Below, piece after piece: positions 13,136 through 27,028 of a DNA stretch of 64,000 nucleotides. The DNA comes from Chrysomallon squamiferum (taxonomy: Eukaryota > Animalia > Mollusca): NCBI GenBank assembly GCA_012295275.1, contig CM022676.1, forward strand, positions 7,812,001 through 7,876,000. Direction: 5' to 3'. The translations under genes and the position numbers were made by a program. The notes beneath the pieces were generated by a model. It worked only from the letters and a program-made list of their open reading frames with translations, did no database searches and had not been told where the DNA came from. Numbering within the stretch: position 1 is the first letter of the stretch; each line of letters opens with the position of its first letter.

Positions 13136-14539
13136 GGGACCAGTTTATAAATAATATTATGATTTAATAACACTAGATTTTTATATTCTATTCCTAATGT
13201 AGGTTTTCTCTCTATAATTTTTTTATACATTGACGCAAAACAGTGTCTAGATTAAACGAGAATGAAAAACAGTGACAATAATGTAATTTAAAGTTTTATC
13301 AAACAATATAATGAAATACTTTACAATATAATATAATATTGCACGATATGATATCATAAGAACACAATAGAAAAAATACAGTGACTTGGCAGAAAGAATA
13401 TTAGGTGTCTGGGGTCACATTTTTTTTGTACGTATGCTTCCATCCATGGCTGGTTTTAACCAGAGTTGTAGAGATACAATATATCAGATTAAAACTGACC
13501 AAGTCATGTCATGCGGTAAGAAACAAAACTGACGAACAGGCAAATTCAAAATGGCCGCCTTTTATCTCTTTGGAACACACAGTTTATTATGAAATATCAT
13601 CTAAGAATTTGTAGAAATATTTTTCATTATTAAAAATAAACGCACGCACACATACACACACATACACATGTATATACAAATCTGTGTGTATATATATATA
13701 TATAGACACACACACACAACATATAAAGATGAACATATGCACATACATGTATTTACTCACCTAGTTACTTACAAAGAAAAAAAGAAGTACATTCAGCATA
13801 CATACTTGCATGGATACATACTACATACATACATACATATATACATACATACATACATACATACATACACACGTAACCACTTATATACATACAGATTGCT
13901 ATAATATATATAAATACATACGTACATATATACACACAGGCATAACAACCAAAAAAAGCATTACCCACCCAGAAAAAAACGGATTCGTCTTGTCATAACA
14001 GAAGAAACAGAACTTGACAAGCAGTCAAATTCAAAATGGCCGCCCTTTATCTCCTTGCAGCACCCAGTTTATTATAAAATATCACATGAGAATTTGCACA
14101 AACATTTCTCATTATTAAAAATGAACAGATCCACACACACAAGCAAATGTACTTATATACATATATATATATATAAACGAACAAACACAGATACACATAT
14201 ATTTACTTACCTGCTTACTTACACATACAAAAAACCCCAACAACAACCACAACAACAACAAAACACATTCAGCATACATATATGCATACACACATACATT
14301 CATACACACGTAACAACTTATCTACATACCTGCAAATATACAAATACACATTACTATAACATAAACTACCTACATACGTACATATATACACCCAGGTATA
14401 AACCCCCCACAAAACATAACAAAAAAGTAAACACACAAAAACAAGAAAAGGTATTGAACAAAACCAAGTATTCAAAATATAATGCTGTATGGCAAGTCTA
14501 AGTTTAATTTTGCCAGTGGTGCAAGCTTTGACACAAAAG

Positions 14540-15185
14540 AATAGATGAACGCAAACATTACAAAACACAAAAAGAACGGTGTGCTTCGTGGGAGAATATT
14601 CGGTCTGAAAATACATATTTGCCAGTGCAAGGGTTAACACACAAAACAATAAACACCCGCAAACATTACAAAACACAAAGAACGGCGTGCTTCGTGGGAA
14701 GCGATGATTAACACCTATTACTGAGCGACCTTTTTTCTTGTCTGATTAATCTCCACGTAGACAATATTCGGTGACGTTATTCGTCTTCGGGGTGCATGAT
14801 GATTACTCTCGGTCTAAAATAGCGTTCGTCGCGCTGAAGAGCGGTCACGTTTCAGTCAGCTGACCATTACGTCACTGTTTAGGTCGTTTCGAACGTGTCC
14901 GAAGATTTCCGAGTCTGTCATTTTCTGATAGAGGTCTTGGATTTCGTCTTGTCGTGTATGTACGAGTAAATAGCACTTTTTATACGCTACCAGCGATCGG
15001 CTGAAGTCAGTCGAGTGGTTCTAGCGTATGATAGATGCTGTTTTTTACAAGGATTAAAACGGATGTTTGTTTTGTGAAACAGGAAGTACATATGGTAACA
15101 TAGCAACAGAAAAGTAAACAAGGAAGAATTTAAAAGAAGAAGGTGGAGAAGAAACTATTTTTGTATTAACAGAAGTGAAAACAAG
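14540..15185 (+). promoter_or_regulatory. Putative promoter block of copy B
   Basis: Reverse-complement homolog of 31080-31780, which lies directly upstream of the G1 signal exon. Contains ACAGGAAGT (ETS-like). Confidence 0.45.
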
Positions 15186-15477
15186 AAATTAGTGAACATA
15201 ACATAACATTACATAACAGTTCATAACAGAGCGTTGCGTAACGTAATTAACATAATGTAATACAATTGAAAAATATATTAAAAAAAGTATAAAATAATAA
15301 TAATAATGATAATAATAATAATAATAATAATAATGATAATAATAATAATAAGAACAATAATAGTAATAATACAAACCCAACGCAACATATAACCTAACAG
15401 TAAAAATAAAAATAAAAATAATTTTAATTTTTTTAATTATAATTGAATTTATTATAATTATAATTATAATTATTTTA

Positions 15478-15549
<72 letters not shown>

Positions 15550-15588
15550 TTTATTTTATAATATTTTTATATTTTTTTTAAATTTAAT

Positions 15589-18526
15589 GTCAGGATTACA
15601 AGTTAACAACATCAGAGGTACATGTAGGTGTTGGATCACCTATTACTTTTATCTGTCGAAGAGACGTGCCTGGTAGAATTACCTGGTTTGAGAATACCAC
15701 AAAGTACATCATAGATGTAGGAGCAAGACAAGGTCAATGTGATTTTGTTAATAAAGCTCCAAAAGAATACAGTTTTTACTGTTCAGAATACATAAACACT
15801 CTCACAGTACAATCTGTCAATTTCAGTCAGCATGCAACAGTGTGGAGCTGTGGTAACACTGCACCACTCAGCAATCGAATAATATTCTTAACATTACCGA
15901 AAACTGTAAGTTCAACATTAAAGACTCTTTCACAATACAGTTTCATTATTTCAGTATCACTGTTAACAGCATATCACACACACTATTGTGTTACATAAAC
16001 TCTCAACACAACTTGATTACACAAGCTCACAATACTACACCATTACATAACCTCACATTACACTATTAGATAACCTCACATTACACCATTATATAACCTC
16101 TCAACACAACTTCATTACACAACTTCGCAATACTACACCATTACATAACCTCACATTACACCATTAGATAACCTCACATTACACCATTATATAACCTCTC
16201 AACACTACACCATTACATAACCTCGCAACACTACACCATTACATAACTTATTTATTATTAATATTATATATATATAGATTGAAAGAGAGATAGATTTTCA
16301 TGGAGAGAGAATGAAAGAAAGAAAGATGGAAGGTTAGATAAATAGATTTATAGGTACATAGACAGACAGATAAATACATAGATAGTCAGAGGTATTACAT
16401 GTTTTATGTTTATAATTATCATTCTAGGAAATATCTACAGTTAATGATGACAAAAGAATAAACTCAGTAAAACAAAGCAATACTGTAATTCAGTTGATTA
16501 TCAGTTTTATGTTCATAATTATCATTCTACGAAATATGTACTTTTAATGATTTGTAAACAATTTTTATTTGTTATTTTATTATTATTATTTTAAATAAAT
16601 AAATAATAAAGAAAGAAAGAAATAGTAGCGACAGTAATAGTAATTATGATATCAACCGCAACAACTTAAACACTACATCATCACAACAACTGCAAAGCAA
16701 TGTTCATAACTAACAGTGGTTACTATCAGCAAAAATAAAACAAAACAAAATATGACAAGAAATGACGATGATGATACTGGCGATGTTGATGATGATGATG
16801 TTGACGTTTTTATAGAAGGTCCTGGAACATCACTCAAGTTGAATACTTCGTCTGTTGTGACTGCTATGGAAGGAAGTGACGTCACAGTGTCTTGTTCGGC
16901 GACGTGTTTCATAAAGTGTAATTATCAGTGGGAGTTCGCAGATGACGTTATAAGTAACACGGGTGTTCTCTCATTGGCTGATATTAAGAGATCACAATCA
17001 GGTCTCTATGTGTGTACGGCTGAAAATCCAGATACGAAAGAAACTGCCTATGAATTACTTGTTTTGATTGTACTATGTAAGTAAGAAACTAATTATACTA
17101 AAATTAAAAATGATAAAATAAACAGATAACTTAATATTTGTTAGAGGTTTATGCTTAACATGTGCGACAACCAATAATAAACAGCAGAGAATCAAGAGAA
17201 CAGTTTTCATTATTCGGGACTTTAAATCATGTACAAGTTAATAATGATGCATTTTTCTCATACTGTGTCAAATTTCACACAAACATTTAGCGTAGCAGAT
17301 GCGCAATTTTTAGTAGCTAAAGCCATAGCGACTGTTGTTGCTGCCGATGTCTTTTATTTCGTTTATTTTGTTGGATTTAGGAATTATGTGGCATATCATT
17401 ATTTAGAATTAATTTGCCTTATGACTTCACTAAATAGATATACATAAAAGAAAAAAACAACAACTCTGTCATCATAACCAATATCTTTATCCGTAAGAAA
17501 ATATTATAAAAAAACTGGAATATTAAGCTACACAGTTAATAAATCAAAGGAAATAAACGAAGGATCGAACGCTTCAGACATCTGAAATCGCTCTGGCCGT
17601 GTCACATGCTGAGAACATCACACATTTTGGTACCCAAAACGAAATACCTGCCACCCTAAATAACAGTATGAAAGTTTGGCAGAGCATGAGAAAAATGCAT
17701 AATTTTTAATTTCTACATGATTTAAATACCCGAATGCGGTAAAACTGTTGATTCTCCGTTATTTTTTAAAAATCACAAAAGAAATGAATACGACGATGAA
17801 GCTGAATATGTATAGTATTCATTATATTTATTGTTTTTGAAATTATGTAAAAGTAATGACAAGCCAGAAATGCAAATAAGGAAATGATATTCAAGGAAAG
17901 CAAAAACACATCACAAAATTTATTTATTTATTTATTCATTCACAGATGGTCCCGGCAGCTTATTTCAAATCAGTTCGTCATCTGACATCACTGTTGCGGA
18001 AGGAAGTGACGTCATAGAATCATGCAAAAACAGTTGCTTTATCAAATGCCTTTACAGATGGAAACGTACCAATCAGACTGTCAGTAATAACGGACTACTG
18101 GCTCTGACTAGTATCACGAGATACCAAGATGGCGTCTACACATGCACTGCTGTTAATCCGGATACGAACCAAACGGCAAATACCACAATTATTGTTAATG
18201 TTAAGTGTAAATTTTAATTCATTTTATTTTGCATTTAATTTTGAATACAAATCATAAAATGTTTATATAAAAATATCTGAATTGGAAGGTAGACAAAAAT
18301 AGACGGATATACATATATGCAGATAGACTGATAGATAAATGTGAGTATATATATATAAATGTTTAGGAATTTATGCTATTGATTTTATGCCTGTCTGTGC
18401 GTACATATGTATGTCTGTGTATGTATGTATGTATGTCTTCTGTATATATATATGTGTGTGTGTGTGTATGTATGTATCGAAATATATATATATATATATA
18501 TACACACACACGCACACACATATATG

Positions 18527-18568
<42 letters not shown>

Positions 18569-19467
18569 TATATATACATATATATATATGTAAATATGTA
18601 TATATGTATGTATATATACATGTAAGTGTATGTGTCTATGTATGTGTATAAGTATGTATGCATATGTCCATGACGGTGGAGATTATTATTATTATTAAAA
18701 TGAAGATCATGTTTTAATTCATTTTATTTTGCATGTAATTTTGAGTACCGAATAGGAAGATAGATAAATTGATATTTGTATTTTATATGTATTAATAAAT
18801 GTGTTTATATACATATACGTGTTGACGAATGCATGTTATTGTTTTTTTCTGCTTGTCTGTCTGTACGTACGTGTGTGTGTATACATGTATGTGTGTGTAT
18901 ACTATGTGTGTGTACGTATATATGAATACATGTATGTATATATATCTGTGTATGAGTATACGAATTCATATATATGTACACAGACGTTCTTACATACATA
19001 ATTGTATAATGACAAACATATGGATGGACGGATGTATTGATACAGTGATGTAATAACTGAAGGAAAAATCAGTCAGATAAGGTCAGAGTAACAGATAAAT
19101 ATAGAATTATAGAAAAAAAAAGAGAGGTGTGTAAAATCAGAAAGGTTGAAGGACAATAGTCGATGGAGAAAATGTAAAATAAATACACACAAACAATACC
19201 TTAACTGAAAGATATCTTAACAATAGCAAATAATTACCTACTCTGTGAAGATATATTAATAAAAGGAAATACAAATTACCTGCCTATTGAAGGTATATAA
19301 ATACTATGTTAATTTTATTTCACATTTTATTTTTAATAATACATTTTCAGGGGCTGTAGAAGACCGCAGTGAATTTTTAGAAAGATTTGCCATCGGCTTT
19401 CCATCTTTCTTTGTTCTGTCTCTTAAAATTACAATTTTCGTTTTTCTCTTCATCCAAAATAAAACAA
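15589..19467 (+). pseudogene. Copy B: damaged paralog of gene A (V-C2-C2-TM with Lys)
   Basis: The signal exon is absent. The V exon (about 15589-15880) has a mutated acceptor (aatgtcag) and its 3' end is replaced by a repeat. C2 exons 16816-17076 and 17946-18206 are open. TM exon 19351-19467 (AVEDRSEFLERFAIGFPSFFVLSLKITIFVFLFIQNKT) has its donor GT changed to AT. Confidence 0.75.
15975..16248. repeat. About 23-bp tandem repeat in the sequence replacing the 3' end of the copy-B V exon
   Basis: Repeated TACACCATTACATAACCTCACAT variants. Confidence 0.75.
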
Positions 19468-20379
19468 ATATATATTCGTTTATCAGTTCATTTGTTTATA
19501 TATTTATGTATGTATTTATTTATTTAATTATTTATTTGTTATTTATTTGTATATTTCTTTATTTAATTATTTTGGAATTTTGTTATTTATATTATTATAT
19601 ATATTTTTATTTAATAATTACTTGGTATTTTCTATACTCTGCTCCTGATTTTCTTTTAGTCTTTGTTTCTTTCTTTGTTTCTTTGATTACTATTTCAGGT
19701 TGTTTTTATGTTATTTTCTGTTCTTTAAATATTTGTTCTCTCATAAATTTGTTTGTTCCTCTATTTACTGATGCTATTGTTTCTTTATTGCCTGAATGTT
19801 TATTTAATCTTTTGTTTGTTATTTACAGCAAAATGTGTTACGAATTAGAACGGTTGGTCACAAAGACGAAGAGATTCCTGTTGTCATATATTTTTATCTA
19901 CCTGGTCATATATTTTTCGATCATTTGAATTAATCCCACTAGAGCAAACGCTGATTCTCGGTTCCAAAACTGAAGCTGACCTTTTGAGAGTCGAATGAGA
20001 AGCGTTTTGTGTTATCACATTAAAAAACAACAAAAAGCAACAACAAACAAACAAACATTTGGAATAACTGATGAATCTAGACATTGAGTTCGTGGATGGA
20101 TGGACGGATGGATGTATTGATGGAGTGATGTAACGAGTAAAGGAAAAGTAAGTCAGAGAAAGACAGAGTAACAGATAAATTCATAATTATATAAAATAAA
20201 AGAGAGGTCTGTAAAATCAGAAAGGTCGAAGGACAATAGTCATATTGAAATAACCGATTGGATTGGATTTAAAATGTACAAATACATGCTATCACAATAT
20301 CACTGCATTATAAACAAATATTTATTGCCACTACAAATGAAGAAATGATATCTGATAATGTAATATATTGTGCATGATG

Positions 20380-21100
20380 CTTTTTTAAAACATTGTTTCT
20401 GCGTCTGCACTTTTCCAGTTAAATGTCTTTCTCTGTCCTGTTTGATTTTATTGGGAATTCATGGCAAGAAGTGTTAAAATCGTGGAGGTACAGTGTTTAT
20501 ACTTGTTTTCCAGAACAGTGGATGACAAAACAAAGTATTATAACCAGATAAGACGAGAATTTCCAGAAAGGTTCTTCCTCTGTCACCCTTGTTGGTATCA
20601 AAACTGTGATTAGCATTGTCATGTTGGCCTTACATCTTTGTCTGGTGAGCATTGTAGTTCATAACAAGAATAGCTGAAGCAGTTCTACAATACACAAGAT
20701 CTGTTTGAGAAAACTGGATCTTCTGCTATAGGCCAAGGTTGTTGTATTTATGTATTTCGTGATCTTTTCGACTACAAATAAATTGTGTTGTTGTCATGGT
20801 GATTGCTGTTGCTGGTGAGGTAGCATAGATTTAATTTTCTTGTCTGGATTGTTCTGCTTGGTCTTATTTTTTTTTAGCTGTGTCCTGGTCTGTTGATTCT
20901 GAACAAAGTGGTTGATACTCAGATTCAGTGGCAATTCTGTAACTTCTCAGTAACCACCACTTTGAAACACAATGGCTTCTGCTTCTACAAAAATCCCTCA
21001 ATCATTTAAGTAATGAACACCACCTGTTCATCTGAACTGTCAGCTGGAGACTAATGTAAACATCCGCATCCAAAAATCATTGTCTTCAGGAATGTAGTTC
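20380..21100 (-). mobile_element. Degenerate piggyBac-like transposase fragment (copy 2)
   Basis: The minus-strand translation includes TFLEILVLSGYNTLFCHPLFW, resembling the piggyBac/PGBD FLGI-x-x-LSGY...W motif. It is preceded by VELLQLF and TKM*. Confidence 0.55.
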
Positions 21101-21852
21101 ATGTGAGGGACTGCATAGCTATGTTGTTGATTAGAATAATAAATAAATAATAAGATTACAATATTTTCAACTGCATACCTGAAATGCGTGTTCCTGTATT
21201 ATAATGAATCGACTTGTGTGGGATATTCTGATGTAGAATTAATTTCATACATCCTTAGTGCTTTTGCACACTATATTTATAACAAACAAAAGGAACGGAA
21301 GGACTGGTTGAGCAAAATGTAAATTAGCTAATCTAATCACTTACAAATGTACACTTTTACAACTCTGAACACAGATGTATTGCTAAAATATGATTTTGAA
21401 TACAAAATGTTTTAATTTAAAGTATACCTATATATGTAAGTAAGTAGGTTAGTAAATATATGTGTATAGGCGTATGTTCGTTTATGTTTATATGTATATA
21501 TGTACATTTGTATGTATGTGTATGTGTGTGTGTGTGTGTGTCTGATACTACTGATACTGCTAACAATACTATTACAAACACTATTACATTACAGTTATTA
21601 TTATTACTGTCATAATTATTGCTGTTAGTAATCCTAATAGTTAAACTACTGATACTATCACTAGTATCACTGCTACTGTTACAAATACTATTACTGTTGT
21701 TGGTTTTGTTGTTGTTGTTGTTGTTATTATTATTATTATTATTTCTGGTAGAAAACTATCACATTTAAAGGATAAAACTCCACCCAGTTTTCACAGTTTG
21801 TAAAAGACATTAACTCAGACACAGATAAATAATCCAAATATAAAATACATAC

Positions 21853-21901
21853 CTTGTACGTACATTACACATCCCAGCAACACGAACACACATAATAACT
21901 T
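21853..21901 (-). pseudogene. Orphan signal-peptide exon without ATG
   Basis: KLLCVFVLLGCVMYVQ(G)|gtatgt, with no V exon following it. Confidence 0.7.
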
Positions 21902-22119
21902 ATTATTTTATTATTATTATTATTTTATTTTTATTATAGTTTATTACGTTACTGAGTTACGTTACACTGTGTTATGGACTGTCATGTTATGTTATGTTAT
22001 GTTAGTTAGGTTTGTTTAGGTTAGGTAACATTGTGTTATTCTCTCATGTTTTAAAACAGATATGTTTCAAAAGTTAAAATCACACATTTCATTTTACATT
22101 AGTCAACGATAAATAACGT

Positions 22120-22445
22120 CGACTCCGCAAAGATTTATTGTCTGGCCCGCCATACTCTTCACAATTAACATTGCCATCCGGCCCGCGAGACAGCAAAATA
22201 AAAGTCAATGAAATAAAGTCAGTAATCACAGCTATTTCTTTATTCAAGGCACACTCAAGTTTAAAATTTAAGGCGTCTCGAAGACACTCGTCGAATTAAT
22301 ACTGCCCGCATCTGTTAAAAGTGAATTTACTGTTTACATAAAATACACGTTTTGAAATCTTTTTGTTCTCATTTCATATTCTGGCCCTCATGCTCTTCCT
22401 ATAAAATCAATCCGGCCCCTATTTTAAAAAGTATGCCCGCCCATG
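22120..22445. mobile_element. hAT/Charlie-like non-autonomous element remnant
   Basis: Repeated GGCCC motifs and a terminal tccggcccct...aaaaagtatgcccgcccatg, typical of hAT MITE ends. Confidence 0.4.
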
Positions 22446-23569
22446 GCATTGCGAATGACATGGGGCTCACACCTTTAAACAGCTTGTATGTTTTATTAAG
22501 GCTCAGTCTAGGGTAACAAGGTGCTTTAATGGCCACCTAACAAGGAATATAAACACTAAATTGACAGCAATCTGTATAAATCAAAAAGTCTATCTATCCA
22601 CTAGAGAAATAAACACAACACAAGTTAAGGTTTACGTTAATTATTTAATTATGATAAACAGGCGACTTGACAATAATACACTATACAATCACAAAACATA
22701 CGTTTAAGTAGTTTTGATTAATGATACGAGAAAGTTCATATGAGGAACGAAGACAAAATAAGAATCTGCACGGAGGACAGATTAAAACCTTACAATTTTA
22801 GGTATAATAAATGTTATTGCAGATTACACCCTATCAAAATAAGAATAGACAAGTGCTTACCATACTCGTCCGGTAAAGACAATGACATTCAAAGATATAG
22901 TTACCAAAATGTTCTAGACTAATAATAATCAGTAAGTTACCGACATTTTTTTAAACTGTACCTTAATAGGACAACAATATAATTTATTATAAATTAAGTT
23001 AAAAAAGAACTGCCAGCGAGTTCTACGATAGGTATAACCTAAATTGCGATCCATGGTTTAGTAACATTGTTAGGACCAATTTTCTAACTGAAATTTTCTT
23101 TAATTATTATAATTATTATTTGTACTATATTATCTGAGTGGTTAAATATATTTTTCAATACACTAGATGTAGTCGACTGCATCCAGCAACCTATATACAG
23201 CTCTGAGACAAGACATACGGCGGTTTTTTTTTTTAATTGTTTTTTTTTTATGCGTGTTGTGTTCATGTACGTATGTAGGTAAGTATGAAGGTATTTTATC
23301 TTATAGGTCTGTGTATTTCTATGTTTGCATGTATGTATGTATGTATATTTATATGTATTAGCCACTCATTAAAATATTTTTAACTTTTCTCATAGGGTAG
23401 ATATTTAGATAGTTCAAATTTAGTGTAACTGTAGAAACTGAATATTTGTATTTTATTAAAATCATTTAATAATTTGACCTTATTTAACTTTTTATGAAGT
23501 TTATGATTAACAAATAATCTTGTTTTCTTTTTTAAAATTCACTCATATCATTTCATTTGCTATCAAACT

Positions 23570-23667
23570 TTATATAACGTCACATGGGACTTCATATCCG
23601 CTTTCCTCTAGAGAAGAATATGAATTACTTGTATCTTCATGTACAGCCTCTGGTGCAGTCTGATTAT
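23570..23667 (-). CDS. G1 terminal tail exon
   Basis: gtttcag|NNQTAPEAVHEDTSNSYSSLEESGYEVPCDVI*. Confidence 0.7.
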
Positions 23668-23755
23668 CTGAAACATGGAAGGAAACACACACATACACAC
23701 ACGTAAGAAAGCGTTTCTATAGATACATCGACATCTGAATGTTCATGTGGCTGTG

Positions 23756-23797
<42 letters not shown>

Positions 23798-25138
23798 ACT
23801 CTCTATATAAAGTAGTCAGTAATACCGTAAACTATATATATGTACAGACTATCTCATTAAATCTCATTCTAAGGCTATCTCATTAAATCCAAATGTCCGA
23901 AAATTCCGAAGCATTTCGGATAAAGGATTATATATGTATGTATGAATACATAAGTAGGTTAATGTTTATAGCCATTACGTCAAGATCCAGCGTCACTGTG
24001 AAAAACATGCAGGTTATATTATAATAATAGGGAGCCTTCCTCTCTGGAACATCATAACGGTAAGACAAACTTGTTTAATTTTTCATCAAAGGTCTCTAAA
24101 TAAGTGTATGGTTAACAAATAATACTTGTTTTCTTCTTTATAATTTAGTAATATCAGTTCACTTACTATCAGGCAATAAGACGTCATATGGGACGTCATT
24201 TCGTCTTTCCTCTAGACGAGAATATGGATTCTCTGTGTCTTCATGTTCAGCTGCTGGCACAGTCTCTCTGTCTGAAACATGGAATGAAATTATGGTTTGG
24301 CTTATATAAAAATTGTTAGTGTCTTGTGGGTATGTGCATGTTAATACATACGAACCTTTGTATTTATATGATGTACACACACACATATATATATATATAT
24401 ATACATATACATACATATATATATATCTGCGTGTATGTGTGTGTGTATGTATGTATGTATGTTTATATGTAACATGGAATGAAATTACGTTTTCGTTTAT
24501 ATAAAAAATTGTTATATGCGGAGATAACAATAATCGCATTACTGTTGTTGAACATGTGTGTATGTATTTATACACATACATACATAGAAACATACATATA
24601 TAGACAGATATACACACCTATAATATATATATATATATATGAATGTATGTAGTGTAGGATATATTATAATAATAAGGAACCTTCCTCTCTTGAAAATCTT
24701 GGATGTCGAGTTCTAGTTTCTTGTACATCATAACGGTAAGACAACCTTGTTTAGTGTTTCATGAAAATACCTAACTCGTTTTTTAAAAAAAATATAATTA
24801 ACTAATATCAATTCACTTACTATCGGGCACTAAGACGTCATATATTACGTCATCTCCTCTTTCCTCTAGAGAAGAATATGGATCCCTTGTATCGTGATGT
24901 ACAGCCACTGGCGCAGTCTGATTATCTGAAACATGGAACAAAATTATGTTTTGGTTCATATAAGAAAAATTATTTGCGTAGATAGCAGTAATCACATTAA
25001 TATGTATGTGTGTGTGTGAATATATCCACATACATGCTTCTATATAAACATACAAACACACATATATGCATATATACATCTATATCTCTATGAATGTATA
25101 TCTATATCTGTATCTATATCTATCTATCTGTCTGTCTA

Positions 25139-25177
<39 letters not shown>

Positions 25178-25475
25178 GTCCATCTATATATATATATATA
25201 TATATGTAGTTATGTATGTATGTGTATTTTAGGAGTTGAATGTTCTTTGTCTTATGAATAGACTCTGCACATAGACAATATTCGGGAACGCACTGGCACA
25301 GGAGTAAAAAGTCAAATCACGACCTCACAAACCTGTCAGATGCCGCTGACGAGACTTGACGATGGACGATGTTACCGTTCGGCCAGGAACACGACCTTTA
25401 AAAAGATTGCTCAGTGACCGAGGGTAAACATCGTTGTATATATGTATGTGTGTGAAGGTGTGTGTGGGTGTACGG

Positions 25476-25521
<46 letters not shown>

Positions 25522-25650
25522 TTACCAGACACCGGAGCAACAGTGTAGTACACATGCTGATTTGTGCTGATTCTGAAATTTCAAAAGTTAAAAAAATATA
25601 TTACATATACAGGAACACACTTACGTATATATATATACCAAACATTAACA

Positions 25651-25711
<61 letters not shown>

Positions 25712-26428
25712 ACACACACACAGACACACACACACATATATTACATACATACATCCATATTACAGATATATATTACATATGTACACGTGCACATACACAC
25801 ATACGTACATACACGTATACACGCAAACACACACGCACAAACATATATATATATATGGACACATATAGACAGACAGGCACACATATACTTAAACATTAAT
25901 ATATTTTACAGATAGAAAGAAAAGTAATAACATATATAAATTAATGTACCTTTGTTGGTTCGAAGTTAGCTTCTTTCTTCCTGTAATAATATATATGTTC
26001 AGTTTTATATTTCTCAGTTCAAATTATGCGACCTAATTACTGATATCTACCAAATTACACAACATGAAACATTTTTAGTGTTATGCCTGTTCAGATTTAA
26101 ATATATCATTAAACTTTCGTGTGCTTAGACATCATTTTTTACCTCTGCCGTTTTATTAACAGGTGAGTGAAATACACAGGCTCTGTTTAAAGTAATTGTT
26201 TAAATTAGACTTAATTTATCTCCCCTTTACCCTATAGATAAATGTATTTAAAGGACATAATAAAATAAATATATGTACAAAGAGACAAAGAAACATAGAA
26301 ACAATAAAGAAAAAACAGCATGAATGAATGAATAAATGAACGAACAAATAGATGAAAGAATAAATAAGAGAAAAATGTAAAATAAATAAAATAAAATAAA
26401 AATAAAACAAATTAACCAAATAAATAGA

Positions 26429-26475
<47 letters not shown>

Positions 26476-26989
26476 ATACATACTTCTTTTGTACTGGAAG
26501 CAGATAAGAACGACAATGATAAAGATAACAGACAGAAGAAAGGAAGTTCCAAAAACAATGGCAAATACTTTTGCTAACTGACTGCTATCTTCTACAGCGC
26601 CTGAAAATTCTTTAATAAAAATAAAAATGTGAGATTTAATTAACATATTATTTATATATTTGGAATAAGTAGGTAATTTGTATTTGTTATTTTTATATAT
26701 CATCAGAGAGTAGATAATTATTTATTTACTGTTTTTAAGGTATCTTTCAGTTAAGTATTGTCTGTGTGTGTCTTTATATATTTCACAATTTTTTCCATCG
26801 ATTTCTTTTTACTTCAGTCGTTCTGATTTTATACACCTCTCTACTCTTTTCTATATTTCTCTATTTATCTGTTTCTCTGATTTTTCTTTCACTCTTTAAA
26901 TTACTGTATCAATCCATCTGCCCATACATCCATCCAAGAACTCACTGCCTAGATATCTGTAAAACATAATTATGTATGTAAGAACGTAC

Positions 26990-27028
<39 letters not shown>

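Noticed and set aside
13545-14046. CAAAATGGCCGCC YY1-like motifs (also near 36976 and 38183)
   Set aside because: They lie within duplicated intronic repeat sequence with no sign of a nearby transcription start.
19287-19928. 213-aa multi-pass membrane protein ORF
   Set aside because: Only 19351-19467 is a real TM exon. The rest is T-rich intron read through after donor loss.
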